DNA from: Octopus vulgaris
Taxonomy: Eukaryota
Length of the DNA: 64,000 nucleotides
Direction: 5' to 3'
Assembly: GCA_951406725.2 (NCBI GenBank)
Contig: OX597826.1
Coordinates: forward strand, 69,440,001-69,504,000
Below the pieces are notes generated by a model. The model did no database searches. It saw only the letters and a program-made list of their open reading frames with translations, and was not told the DNA's origin. The position numbers and the translations under genes were made by a program. The number at the start of each line of letters is the position of its first letter. Positions within the stretch are counted from its first letter, which is position 1. Below are positions 26,729-41,416 of the stretch, piece by piece.

Positions 26729-27726
26729 AGGCTTTTATTCTATTAAAAATTTCGGAACCAAAATGTAGCTGCGTTGTAATTTTCGGTAAGTGAAACCAGC
26801 AAACAAGGGAACCCTAAGATTTCTTTCATTGCACCATACTCAGCGAATGAACACTTCCTTGGCAGTATGTACATGAATAAATCCTGTTCAAGATTTATTC
26901 TTTCACTGACTAATGAGTAAATGGAGTAACCTTTCGCAAGCACACACGCACACACATATACACAAACACACATTCACAAATACAAGCACGCACACACAGA
27001 CAGATACACAATCACACACACGCAAACACTGACACACGTATACATATACACATACACACGCACTCATATACCCACATACATACACACACACATACACAAC
27101 CACACACGCAAACACTGACACACGTATACATATACACATACACATATACACACATAAACACACATACACACACACATAAACACACACGGGCACACACACA
27201 AAAAACATACACAAACATACAGACACATAAACACACACATACACAACCACACACACACACACACACACGTATGCACACACATACACACATACGCGCTCAC
27301 ACACACACATATACACACACAAATACACAACTACACACATACACACACGCAAACACACACGCACACACACACAACCACACACATACACACACGCAAACAC
27401 AGACACACGTATACACGCACATACACAGCACTCACATGCACACATACGCGCTCACACAAATACACAACTACACACATACACACACGCAAACACACACACT
27501 TATACACCACATACACACATACGTGCGCACACATAGACACACGCATACACAACCACATACATACACGACCACACACATACACACTCGCAAACACACACAT
27601 ATATATACACACATACATACATACGCGCGCACACATAAACAACCACACACATGCACACACGCAGACACACACATACACACATACATACATACACACATAC
27701 ATACACAAACCCATACGCACACACAA

Positions 27727-28070
27727 GACCTCCATTTTGGTCATTTACCAGCGTCAGGTAATTCTTCATGTCACTGGATGTTAGAGACACCAACGAATAC
27801 AGTTGCAGGAAATGGAGGGAGCCGCTTTGAAGTCTGTCATAACGGACTGTATAAATTTTGGAAATTCGATGCAACTGTATGGTAACACGTGACTGTTTAT
27901 CGCTAAGACAGTTGGACCTCCAAGTCTTGGCAGGTTTCCAACTGCGCCTGTTGTTTTAAAACATTTCAAAGTTTCGCAACAGATGTCGTTGCTAGGAAGG
28001 GGTCGTATTTATTTATTGATTTTTGTTTTAGACATGTGCGATTGCTTCGGCATATTGCGCTATCTTTAAA
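27727..28070 (-). pseudogene. Tc1/mariner transposase N-terminal relic
   Basis: Minus-strand CFKTTGAVGNLPRLGGPT (KF..TGSV...PRSGRP motif) and NIQ*HEEL (YKIQ..QEL-like). Confidence 0.55.
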
Positions 28071-28154
28071 CCAATATTATTCTCAGATCTTGTGATTATA
28101 AAATTTTGTGCATACATCCATATATATATATATATATACATATATGTATGTACA

Positions 28155-28240
<86 letters not shown>

Positions 28241-28246
28241 TATATG

Positions 28247-28347
<101 letters not shown>

Positions 28348-28394
28348 GTATATGTATATAAATATATATATATATATATATATACAGGTATATG

Positions 28395-28434
<40 letters not shown>

Positions 28435-28449
28435 TGTGTGTGGGTGTTC

Positions 28450-28652
28450 TTTTATTTGTTTCCGTCATTTGACTGCGGCCTTGCTGGAGCACTGCCTTTT
28501 AATCGAAGAAATCAACCTCGGAAATTATTCTTTGTAAGCCTGGTACTTTTTCTATCAGCCTCTTTTGCTGAATAGCTAAGTCACGAGGAGGTAAACGTAA
28601 ACTCGGAACCTTGTGTCTGGGAAACAAGCTTCTTACCACACAGCCACGCCTG
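28450..28652 (-). mobile_element. Family C SINE, internally deleted
   Basis: The tail (gtcatttgactgcggcc) is joined to the head (cttaccacacagccacgcctg). Confidence 0.8.
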
Positions 28653-28654
28653 TT

Positions 28655-28688
<34 letters not shown>

Positions 28689-28691
<3 letters not shown>

Positions 28692-28808
28692 CAAATTTAT
28701 AGAAAAACAAAGACGAAGGCAGGTGCAGGAACAACAAACAAGTGTATTAGTTTAACACTCGGAAAGAATGGAAAAGTGTCTTATATTTCGAGCTTACGCT
28801 CTTACAGG
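28689..28808 (-). mobile_element. Family H copy 2 (truncated within the hammerhead core)
   Basis: Minus strand aaGAGC-gtaa-GCTC-GAAAT. The downstream 100 bp aligns with 50197-50286. Flanked by (TA)n. Confidence 0.7.
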
Positions 28809-28843
28809 TAGGAATATATATATATTAAAGATATATATATATA

Positions 28844-29030
28844 TCTATTATATAAAATCCGTTCTGTCTGTGTATCTTCTAGGACCTCGGGCATCATCCA
28901 TCTGCTTGTGCTCAAATTTGATATGTAGATACTGACGGTATCAGGGCGTGTATAAGTCTTGAAAATATTACAAAAATCGATTCTAGGGGAGAATGCGTCC
29001 GATAAAGCCGTGGGAACGTGCACGTTTCTT
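28844..29030 (+). mobile_element. Helitron-like 5' end fragment
   Basis: Starts A|TCTATTATATAAAA followed by ctgtctgt and ctcaaatttgatatgtag. No 3' CTAG hairpin was found. Confidence 0.55.
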
Positions 29031-29435
29031 TCCTGCCATGCTTACTGTTTAAACCATGTTTGTGTTCTCCCAGTCAACAGCCTTATCATTACTGGTACTT
29101 TAAACTCTTCGGTTGCATATTTGTGTGAATAAAATCGTTTTTCTTTGGAATAGAAAAAAGTCTATCTTTATTTCTTCTTTTGCTGGTGTCTCAAATTTAG
29201 GTTAAATCAGTGTTTTTCAAAGGGGGGGTTATAGGTCGATAGGACAAGTTTTTTGAGAGAATTCGGTTTCAATGTTTGCCAACTCAGCACCGTCCATTGG
29301 ACGGGTGTGGGGGGCGTTTAAAGATGTATATATATATATATCCTTTAAAGACTAAACTGACTTCTGAATCAACCTGTATTTCGATATATATGTGTGTGTA
29401 TATGTATGTGAGCGCGTATGTGTGTGTGTGTTTGT

Positions 29436-29466
<31 letters not shown>

Positions 29467-30639
29467 CGTGCGCGCGCGCGTGTGTATGTGTGTGCGTGTG
29501 TGCGTGCGTGTGTGTGTTACAGTGTCCAAAATTTATAGGAGTATAACTCGAACGATGGATTCGTTTTCTAGCCTAATTCGCCAAAATTTTCCCGTTTTAT
29601 TTTAAAATGTGCAGCGGAGGAGAAATTTTATCGTGATTGGTTAACATTTAAATGGCTGCTTTCGTAACTGATAACCAGAGTCATTTGTTTACATCACCAA
29701 CTTCTTTTTTTTTTTTGTTTTGTTTTGTTTTGTTTTCTTTTTCTTTTTCCCCTGTTACTGCTTGGAGCGAACAAGGTAGAAAAAAAAGAAGAAAAAAAAA
29801 ACAGAAAAAAAAAGCAAGGCATGTTGGTTAAGTAACGAAAATAAGACAAAATGCAAAGATCACGAACATGTTATTATATAATCGAAAAGACATAATTTGG
29901 CAAATAACGACCTAAAAATTAGGTGTTTCAAAAGCAAACACTTGATAAACGAAACACATACAGTATAAAAATTGCTGTTCGTTTTGACTATTGATTGATT
30001 CTTTCTCGTGCTCATCAATGTTAGTTTATTGGAAGTTAGGTGCTGCTTTCTGTTGTCATTAGCAATTTCAACGAAAAACTGCAGCTGTTCGACATTTCTC
30101 CATTAACTTTTGTTCTGATTCTTCATCAGAACCATGACGATTTCTATTCAATCGTCCGCCTCCACAATTTTGGCGATCACATGTGGAGCTTCTATATAAT
30201 TCAGAGTTTGACCTCCACGAAGATGTATGGTAGAAAATCGAATGTCGTCTTGCAATTGAAATTTTCGAGAAGAACCCCTGAATGATTGGTGTCTCTTAGT
30301 AACAGAGAAACAAATCTCACAGACCGCTTTGTTGACAGCCACCTAGAGGCTGACACTGCAACCTTTCTGTCGAAATCCACTTGTGATGCAACGCCATATA
30401 CACCATGTCTCCTCCGAAAGGCACCACAAGCGCAGAGGCCTCATTGCTGGCAGCATTTGGTGATTGTTGAATGGGTAAGGATTTTTCTAGTGCTGCTATT
30501 AGAAGAATTCTTAATTCTTTCGTCGACTGACCGATTTTTTTTTTTTGTATTTTATTCTTTTGCGATCAGCGTGAGTGACGTGCAACAAATAACCAAAACA
30601 TCATCCAGGGAATTCTTTTACATCGTTTTGCCTGAATGA

Positions 30640-30965
30640 CTAATTCTAGAGGTGTTTATTTTTTTTAGTCCCTTCCATTTCTTGCTCAACTTGCTCCAGT
30701 TTTGCAGTGAACTGTTCCCTGGCATTGCTCGGAATGTGACCATCCTCCCAGAATGACATCAGTTGTCAAGCAATGAATTCTCTTGTGTGTGTGTTTATTT
30801 GTTTTTTTGGGGGAATGGCTAATTCTAGAGGTATGATTTTTTTTTTAAAGTCCTTTCCACTCCTTGATAGACTTGCTACAGTTTACATTTGCTGCATATT
30901 ATTCCTGGAGACAGCTTGGAATGTCAGCTTCTTCCCAGAACGACATCAGTTGTCGAACAAACTTC
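30640..30965. repeat. Diverged tandem duplication, period ~179 bp
   Basis: ctaattctagaggt...tcccagaa(t/c)gacatcagttgtc at 30640 and 30819. Confidence 0.85.
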
Positions 30966-31379
30966 CCCGAAGAGTCAAGAACTGGAAAATTCTTTTCACT
31001 CTGACAAAAATGGAAGTTCCTTGAAGAAAGTGAATCTTTTCATATCACCAACCTAATAAGTAGATACACTTTCGAGTATTATTCTCCCGAAATCAAATAA
31101 CTGCAATGAGAATTACTGAATCGTTAATTACGATTACGACAGAAATGAAGCGAAATCAGTATAGGTAATTGGTTATGGAAATAAGAAACGGTGAATCTTG
31201 CATTCAAGATATGTTACAATATATATAACTGCCCAGAACTAAACGAAAGATTGCTGCAAATAATAACAGCCACGTGGTTCTATGGAAATAAATCAGTTCT
31301 AAGGATTCGATTTAATTGAAGAACGATTAAGGATAACGAATGGATTTTAGAACAATCACTAAGAAAGATGATTAATTGA

Positions 31380-31890
31380 AAGATGGTGATGATGATGATG
31401 ATGATGATGAGGAGGAGGAGGAGGAGAAGAAGAAGAAGGAGAAGAGGAGGAGGAAGAAGAAAGAGGAGGAGGAAAAGGAAGAAAGAGGAGGAGGAAGAAG
31501 AAAGAGGAGGAGGGGAAGAAAGAGGAGGAGGGGGAAGAAAGAGGAAGAGGGAGAAGAAAGAGGAGTAGGAAGGGAAAAGCAGAAGGTAGGAGGAGGGAAT
31601 ATGAGGGAAGATAAGTGGAGGAGGGCGTGCTAGGGAAGAAGAGGAAGAGTGAAATGGATCGAGGGAGTAGGAGGGAAGTGAAGGAAGAGGGAGCAGGAGG
31701 AGAGGGGATGAGGGAGAAAGAGGGGAGCAGGGGAGAACAAGAAAAGAAGAAAGAGGAGGTGGACGGGGGGAGGGGGAGAAGGAACGGAAGTGGAGATTGT
31801 GTAGTTCGAGGAAAAGGAAAATAGGAAAATGAAGAAGAAGAAGGAGAAGAAGAAGAAGAAGAAGAAGAAGAAGAAGAAGAAGAAGACTAT
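31380..31890. repeat. Polypurine (GAT/GAG/GAA) low-complexity tract
   Basis: Direct reading. Confidence 0.9.
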
Positions 31891-32032
31891 GGTAATGCAA
31901 TATTTTATGATTAACTATTTTTTAGATGACAACATTAAATGAAATATTGAATACGAATAAAGAAACAATGCAATTAAAAAAAAGTAGCGTACACCTCCAT
32001 CTTTCATTAGAAGGATTAGCTTTATAAGTAGA

Positions 32033-32430
32033 CTAGCAGGGATACCCGGCGTTGCCCGGTTACATTCACTTGAATAATTAGACTTTTCTGTTATATCTTC
32101 CGTAATGAACTGGAATATCTATGTTTCGAATTTCATCAAAATTGCAGATGAGGGTTATTTCCCTTTTTACACACCCTAAAAAAATTGTAATCCTGCCACA
32201 TGTATCCCATACTACTGATTTTTATGTGCATATTCCAAAATTCCAGTCTTATTGAACCTGTTAAAAAGATTTTGCTCCTGAAAAATGAAGGTCATGGGGC
32301 TTTAAAATGTGAGAGTTAACGCCCCTGTTGGAGGTGGGCATCTTAATATCAACCACAGAAGTTGAATTGTTGAGAATCATTTTCACTTGGGTCTTATATA
32401 TCTATTGTTTGAATTTCTTTGAAATAGGAA
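32033..32430 (-). mobile_element. Non-autonomous Helitron 3' part
   Basis: The minus strand ends ccgggcaacgccggg-tatccctgCTAG|T, the same terminal hairpin type as 18396. Confidence 0.75.
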
Positions 32431-32744
32431 ATATATGTTCACTGGGTTTGTAAAACAGAGCAAAGCTACAGGAATCCAAAAGACGAATGATCACAATAAG
32501 CAGTCAGTTACCCTATCCTAGTCGTTACCACTCCCAATGTAGGGTTCCTCACCATCCAGGTGACAGGCGCAGCCGTAAGATGCATTACGAATCTATAGCA
32601 ATTGGAAGGGCGTGACCCAACTGAAATCAACGTTAACAACTGTGTGACGTGAGGGCTAAGAAGGAATTAAAGCATCGGCATCATTATCATTATCATCAAT
32701 CTCATCAAATTGCTCATCTCACACACACACACACAAATGCATGT

Positions 32745-32775
<31 letters not shown>

Positions 32776-33603
32776 CACACACACGCACGCACACACACGT
32801 GTTTAAATGATACTTGCAGAAAGGCCGCAGCAGATGTATATTTTATTTATGATTTTCCTTGCTGTTATCGTTTCAGTCGTTGGACTGCGGCCATGCTGAA
32901 ACACCGCCACTTAGGTAATCCGGGTCCATAGATAATCCGCAAATAATCCACAGGTAATCCTCCAGAATATTGCTTCACGCAAGTACTCCAGTTCACTGTA
33001 GCAGCAAAGAAATTCCTCCACGAATGGATCGAATTTTTATAAATTTTTCAAATTTTGGTAACAAGACACGCCCAACAGAACAAAACAATTCTCATCGCTA
33101 AGTGAGTTACACAGCGCGACTGCAGCAGACAAATGTTCGAGACCCAGTGGGAATTTCTTATATGAGAAAAGGAAAAAACAATATCATACAACAAATTTCC
33201 CACTAAGTCCCTTAAAAAAACACAAGTGCCTACCTTGCCACACAGCCACTTACCACAGAGCTACTTCTGTGCCTCTATCAAGAGAATGTTGGTAAGATTT
33301 TATTGCGTTGTCATCAGTTCACGTGTATTTTGCTGAGATTTGAAAAGGTCGTAAAAATGTAGGTGGAAAAGTATGACTGATATTGTTGTTATTGATGATT
33401 GTAATATCTAAGCAGTTGTTGTTGTTGTTACTCTGCTGCTGTTAAGATTCCTGAGATTTTTGCTGAGATGCAAATTTTATCTTTCGATCTAATAAATTTT
33501 TGTACTTCTAGTTACCTAATCAGTTTTCACTTTCTTAGCTGTCAATATCATCTGTGTCACTGTCATCGCTGCATCAGTGTCACCAACACACCGACGTCGT
33601 CGT

Positions 33604-33651
<48 letters not shown>

Positions 33652-33961
33652 TATCATCATCGTCGTCGTCGTCGTTATCATAAACGTCATGGCAGTCGTC
33701 GTCGTCGTCGTCGACGTCGCGTTCGTCATCGTCATGACGGTGATCATCATCATAGTCATCGTCGCCATCATCACCATCATCATCATCATCATCATCATCA
33801 TATTAGTGAGCATGAACATCATTATTATAATCACTATCATCAACTTGATTATCTGACACAAACACACGCGGGCACACACACACACGTAAGTATTATGTAG
33901 ATGTATACATATATATACACACACATATATACATATGTAAATACATATACACATATATGTG

Positions 33962-34010
<49 letters not shown>

Positions 34011-34048
34011 GTATATATATACATATGTATATATACATATATATATTC

Positions 34049-34096
<48 letters not shown>

Positions 34097-34158
34097 GTAT
34101 ATGATACATATAAGAGGGATGACCACTAAGTAGGCATCATTATATATATATATGTATG

Positions 34159-34212
<54 letters not shown>

Positions 34213-34241
34213 TTATACATAAATAGTTATATGTATGAATA

Positions 34242-34340
<99 letters not shown>

Positions 34341-34893
34341 GTGGGTGACATATACATACGCCCACATACATGCATACTGAATACTAAGGTTCGAAATGTT
34401 AACTTAACTTCGTTGGTGGAGAATTTCATCTGACAACGTTCTATTCCATAGTTTGGATGGCAGAGACCGGAGGAGACGAGATGGCGGCAGGAATAGCGCG
34501 AAGTGACGAGAATCTGTGTGTGTGTGTGTGCGCGCGCGTTGTGCGTCTGACATTGTATGAAACGTGATGATGCGAGATAATAGTGCGTGAGAGTGACGGG
34601 GGAAGATGAGAAACTGAATAGCAAATTAATTGTAGAATAATTACTTTTATATCAACACGTCTCAATTTACACCTAGATGGCGCAATGTATTCTACTGCTT
34701 TTGAACACTGATACGCATGTAATATGTATTACTTGCATGTATTATGCATGAATTTCTGCACACACTTACACACACACATATATTCTATACACACACACAC
34801 ACACACACACATATTTATGTATCTATAGATATGTTTATTTATGCATATAAAAACATATGTTCATATTTGTATACATACATGTGTGTGTGTGTG

Positions 34894-34938
<45 letters not shown>

Positions 34939-35204
34939 ATATACATATGTTTATTGATACATTTATACATAAATATATTTCCTACGTCAGTACTTTACGA
35001 GGGATCCAGATCCTCGGTAAGTCTTTTGTGTAAAAAATAAAAGCTCCGCCATTTTGCCTGTCTATTTCGACCGATTTTTTATTGAGCTCTTTTCTGTGTT
35101 ACTCTAGATTTACATTCATTAGGTACAACTTTAAACTACACTCACCACATTATCCGAAATATCGATTAGTTCGGTAGATTCTTTCACATACATCGGTAAC
35201 AACA

Positions 35205-36232
35205 TACGAGGAGTGTTCATTAAAGATTTCCTCTCATTTCCGTTTATTGCAGGATACGGAACTTCTACATGTGTAACCATACATGTCTACATGTCTCTAA
35301 ATTTCACATTATAAGTTGCAGCTTTCGACTAGTATCCGTTTGTATTTTACAACTGCTGAAGTGGACTGAGATGTTATAATGGAGGCAGTTGAATGCAGAT
35401 CAGTGTGCAGATTATTATACTTGAAAGGTCGTACACCAAAAGAGACTTTTGATGCAGTGAAAGAAGCTTATGTTGACGATGCAACATCATACGACATAGT
35501 GAAGCACAGGCATCGCCAGTTCAAATGTGGTCGGAGATCGGTGAAAACTGCTCCTATTCCTAAACGACCGCATTCTGCCATTGATGACGACACCATCCAT
35601 AAAGTGAAAGCCACCATTTTGGAGGATCGCCGCATAACTATTCGACAACCATCCCAAGGAGTGAAGCTAAGTGTAGGGTCCGTGGAAAAAATCCCTTATG
35701 GCCATTTGCATATGTCTGCCCGTTGGATTCCCTGGATGCTCAAACCATTTCTGAAGCAGGAACGAGTCAGCTGATCCAAGGCTCTTTTGACAATGTGCCA
35801 AGAAAACGAGGAGGACTTTCTCAGCAGAATTATCACACAGGATAAAGCGGGGGTCCATCACTATGATCCTGAGGCTAAATCCCAGTCGAAGCAATGGAAG
35901 CTTGATAACTCACAACCTCCAATCAAGGATCGTGTCCAACCTTCAGCAGGCAAGGGGATGCTCACAATCTTTTGGAACCAGCGAGGAGTAGTGATGATGG
36001 CTTTTCTGGCAAAAGGCTCTACAGTTAATGAAGCATATGATGCATCACTGCTGCAGAAATTTCGGGATGCCATCCAAGCAGAGAGGCCTGGCATGCTGAC
36101 CAAACGAGGCCACCCCCACCAAGACAACGCCCCAGTTCACAATGCACATGTTGCCAATGTGAAATTATACTCCTGCGACAATGAAATCATTCTCATCCTC
36201 CTTACTTACTATCCTGACCTCGCACCATCTGA
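35205..36232 (+). mobile_element. Mariner (DD34D-type) transposon, 3'-truncated
   Basis: Begins TA|CGAGG at 35205 and carries a transposase. Similarity stops just after YPDLAPSD and no right TIR was seen. Confidence 0.9.
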
Positions 36233-36254
36233 TGTCACCAAGAGCAACATGTAA
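35379..36254 (+). pseudogene. Mariner transposase pseudogene
   Basis: Two same-frame ORFs separated by one TGA (35772). Motifs: HTH region, ARWIP (WVP), IITQD, HQDNAPVH and YPDLAPSD. Observed D-to-D spacing is 35, with a local compensating indel. Confidence 0.93.
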
Positions 36255-36489
36255 AGCAGGAGTGAGTGAAGGATCAAATTTAGGATCAGACGAATCCAAG
36301 CAAGCTTGAAGAGATTATATCGTAGACTTTTGTTTGTGGTTAACTCTAGAGAAAGATATATTTATAATTGTTTTTACTTTTCATTTGGGTCTTTTACAGA
36401 GTTAATGTGTACTCCTTTTTGAGAATTAAGGTGTACTCAGTCATGGTGATGTATATATTATTGTCAATATATGTGTGTATGCGTGAAAG

Positions 36490-37318
36490 TGGCGAGCTGG
36501 CAGAAACTTTAGCACACTGGGCGAAATGCTGAGCGGTATTTCGTCTGCCGCTACGTTCTGAGTTCAAATTCCGCCGAGGTCGACTTTGCCTTTCATCCTT
36601 TCGGGGTCGATAAATTAAGTACCAGTTACGCGCTGGGGTCGATGTAATCGACTTAATCCCTTTGTCTGTCCTTGTTTGTCCTCTCTATGTTTAGCCCCTT
36701 GTGTGCAATAAAGAAATAGGTATTTCGTCTGCCGTTACGTTCTGAGTTCAAATTCTGCCGAGATGGACTTTGCCTTTCATCCTTTCGAGATCGCTAAATT
36801 AAGTACCAGTTGCGTACTGAAGTCGATCTAATCGACTTGCCCTTTCCCCTAAAATGTCGGGCTTTGAACCTAGAGTAGAAAAGAAACGATAGCAGGCCGG
36901 GCGAAATGCTTAGTTGTATTTCGTCTACCGTTACGTTCTGAGTTCAAATTCCGCCGAGGTCGACTTTGCCTTTCATCCTTTCGAGGTTGATAAATTAAGT
37001 ACCAGTTGCGTACTGGGGTCGATCTCAGCCACTGGGCCCCTCGCTCCAAAATTTCGGGCCTTGTGTCTAGAGTAGAAAAGAATATATTTGTGTCTGCGTG
37101 AAGGCGACGAATTGGCAGAATCGGACACGGGACAAACTGACAACATTTCATCCGTTCTTACGTTCTGATTTTATATTCCGCCGAAGTCAACCTTGCCTTA
37201 CTTTATTTCGGAGTCGATAAAATATGTACCACTTGAGCCTTGGGTTTGATGTAATCTTTTTACTATCCCTCCCCCCCTTTCTGAAAATGCTGACCTTGTG
37301 CCAAAATTTGAAACCAAC
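36490..37318 (+). mobile_element. Cluster of family N SINEs (dimer 36490-36885, monomer 36893-37085, old copy 37100-37318)
   Basis: Four Nin-domain units head to tail. Confidence 0.9.
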
Positions 37319-37689
37319 ATATGTGTGTATGCGCGTCTTATTTATTTGAAAGGAGAACGTAGAAAGTAATTTCTGCAACTGAAGTGCTTAATGCGTTTAC
37401 ATCCACTTCATGTCGAGCTTTCATGTTATTCCGTATAACATTGAAAACCTTTCTGACTGAGACGCAAACCTATTGAAGTGCTTTGTCTTAAATTTAATCG
37501 GAAACAGAAAATTTGGAACCTTTGCCATTACTCAGGCGTTCAGTTCGGATATTGTCATGGTTACCATCACCAATATTTTGTGCATAAATTCATAAGACAC
37601 TCCGCATATAAATAAATTACTCCATATTTCTCCCATTAGACTGTTAGATTTTTTTCTACCTCATATGATGCAAAGAAACGATCATCTTC

Positions 37690-38035
37690 GTATACTACAG
37701 AACATGGATCGCCTTCTTGGTTGATATTTTAGGACACAAAATTCAAGCTGTTGGAGTAAAACGTACTCTTTCGAACAAAAGTTCTCATTCTGAGTGGAGT
37801 ACCTCACGGAACACTCCTGGGGTCATTAATGTTTGTAATCGTTTTCTCAGACTTGTCTTCAATGATACAAACAGACATTTACACCAATTATAGTCTTGAT
37901 ATAAATATATTAGAGGCAACGTAGAGAAATGATGATGTCAAAAACCTCCAGAAGTCCTGATAGCAATGTAAACTTGAGCTGAAGATAACAGCGTGCAATA
38001 TGATGGTGGAAATTTCGATTACCTCACTATCAGAC
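37690..38035 (+). pseudogene. CR1/L2-like LINE reverse transcriptase fragment
   Basis: Translates SGVPHGTLLGSLMFVIVFSDL...NYSLD, matching the GVPQG..LGP.LF and YADD positions. Contains frameshifts. Confidence 0.82.
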
Positions 38036-38139
38036 GTTTAGCATTGAAACGAGAGCCTGCAGGACTATAAAAGCATTCTCTCCCACCCTGCCCTCGCTCT
38101 TTCCCCCCTTGCTTTGTGTATATATGTATATATGTGTGT

Positions 38140-38790
38140 ATATTCATTTATTCATTTATTCTTTTACTTGTTTCAGTCATTTGACTGCTGCCATGCTGGA
38201 GCACCGCCTTCAGTCGAACAAATCGATCCAAGGAATCATTCTTTGTAAGCCTAGTACTTATTCTATCGGACACCTTTGCCGAACCACTAGGTGACAGAAA
38301 CGTAAACAGACCAACATCGGTTGTCAATTGATAGAAGGGGGACAAACACTGACACAAATAACAAATACATACATACATATACGTATATACGACGGGCTTC
38401 CTTCAGTTTCTGTTTACCGTATCCACTCACAAGGCTTTGGTCGATCCGAGGCTATAACCGACGGAGTACCGCGATGTATCTATGTGGATACATATAGATG
38501 TGAGTGGATTTGGTAAACAGAAACTAAAAGAAGCCCGTCGTATATACATATGTATATGTATGTATGTATTTGTTATTTGTGTCTGTGTTTGTCCCCCGTC
38601 AACATCGCTTGACAACTGATGTTGGTGTGTTTACTTTTCCATCAACTAGCGGTTCGGCAAACGTGTCCGATACAATAAATACTAGGTTTATAAAGAATAA
38701 TTCCTGGGGTCGATTTGCTCGACTAAAGGCGGTGCTCCAGCATGGCCGCAGTGAAATGATTGAAACAAGTAAAAGAATGAATGAAAGAAT
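38140..38790. mobile_element. Inverted pair of 5'-truncated family C SINEs
   Basis: Minus copy about 38140-38457 and plus copy about 38498-38790. Confidence 0.92.
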
Positions 38791-38828
38791 TCACACACAC
38801 ATACACACACACACACACAGACACACAG

Positions 38829-38867
<39 letters not shown>

Positions 38868-39208
38868 AATATATATATATATTTATGCATGTATAAGTAT
38901 CGATGTCTATATATTTATATGTTTGTGTGTGAGTGTTATATGCATGTATATACATATGTGTATGTGTGTGCTTGAGTGTGGTGTGGCCATATGCATCTTT
39001 GTACTTTTGCACGTATCTATGTGTGTACACATGAAGATTACATTCTCAATTTCAAGGAATAAACGAATAAACGCTACACTATGCATAATGCATTAAGAGC
39101 TAGCTTCCGCCATTCTTTACACACACAAACACACACATTATTACAAACATATTTGCCTGTATGTATAGAAATATATATGTCTGTACATATATATGCATAT
39201 ATGTGTAA

Positions 39209-39300
<92 letters not shown>

Positions 39301-39470
39301 CATACTTACATAGATATATATGTATGTATATATATATGGATATTTATATATGTATATATACATATATATAACATATATATACATATATATAACAATATAT
39401 ATATATATATATTGACAGAGAGAGAGAGAGAGAGAGAGATCTTTATATGTGTATAATGTTTATATATATG

Positions 39471-39512
<42 letters not shown>

Positions 39513-39660
39513 TATATATGCATATTTATACTTGTATATATACATATATATATACATATTTATATGTATGTTTATATATATATATGTCTGTATATATGTA
39601 TGTATATATATATGTATATATATATATGTATATATATATATATGTATATGTATACATATT

Positions 39661-39804
<144 letters not shown>

Positions 39805-40522
39805 TATATACACATATATATATATGTCTCTATGTATTCGTGTTTACTTACGAATACGACTTTTAGTTTTAACTGTGCTGTTTGTGTTTCTATGATGGCT
39901 TATCTCCATCTGTAATCTCTTCTCTTCTTCTCTTAACCCCCTTCACTCTCTCTCTCTCCTTCTCTTTCTCTCTCTCTCTCTCTCTCCTTCCATGATGTTA
40001 TAAATATAAACAGCTGAGAAATCTTGAAAAATAAGGGGACTTCAATTAAAAGCTGTTAACAGTTGTGTAACATACTACACTCAAGTAGGGGAGCGAAGGA
40101 GGCGAAGCGCGAGATATCTCACAACCAGATTGAAATGATAACGCTTCTTCAGATGCCGCTAATCCTATTCTAACAATCCAACGCGATCCAATATGGCGCT
40201 TCTCTTGCAAATGGAAGCTACTGCTGCTGCTGCTACTGCTGCTGCTGCTACTTCTCTCCTCTTTGTCTTGCTTCTTGCTCTCGATGATGTTGTTGTCGTT
40301 GCTGATGTCATATATATATATAATTGTGGCTGTTGCTAGAGTTTGTTGATGTCGATGTTTATTGTTCCTGTTTTCTTATTGGTGTTCATATTTAAAACGT
40401 AGTTGATATTCTTGTTGCCATTGTTGTTGGTGGTGTTCTAGCTGCCCTTGCTCTTGTTATTCTGTATACCGCCAGTGCTGTTAAAGTCTACGTTGTTGTT
40501 GTTGTTATTGTTGTTGTTGTTG

Positions 40523-40575
<53 letters not shown>

Positions 40576-40811
40576 ACTATTATTACTATCTTCATCATCA
40601 TCATTATTATTTTTATTATTTATTATTTTTATTATTATTATTATTGTTGTTGTTATTATTATTATTATTTTTATTATGATTACTATCTTCATCATCAATA
40701 TCATCATCATCATTATTATTTATTATTATTATAATTATTATTATTATTATATCTATCTTCATCATCATCATTATCATCATCATCATTATCGTTATTATTA
40801 ATATTACTATC

Positions 40812-40855
<44 letters not shown>

Positions 40856-40881
40856 TATTATTATTAGTAGTAGTAGTATTA

Positions 40882-41198
<317 letters not shown>

Positions 41199-41416
41199 TT
41201 GTTTTGCAAGTACTTGGTCATCCTGTTAGTGCAGGTGCCACTTAAACGGCACGCACTCCAAACTATAAAGTGGATGGCGTTTGGAAGAGCATCCAGCAGT
41301 AAAGACCTCGCATGTGCTTGTACCACATAAAATGCACTAAGGGCATTCAGCTTTAAAAAATTCCTGCCACAACAGTTAATGGAAGTCTGGTACCCGCTTC
41401 TGCCTGGCCGGCTCTT

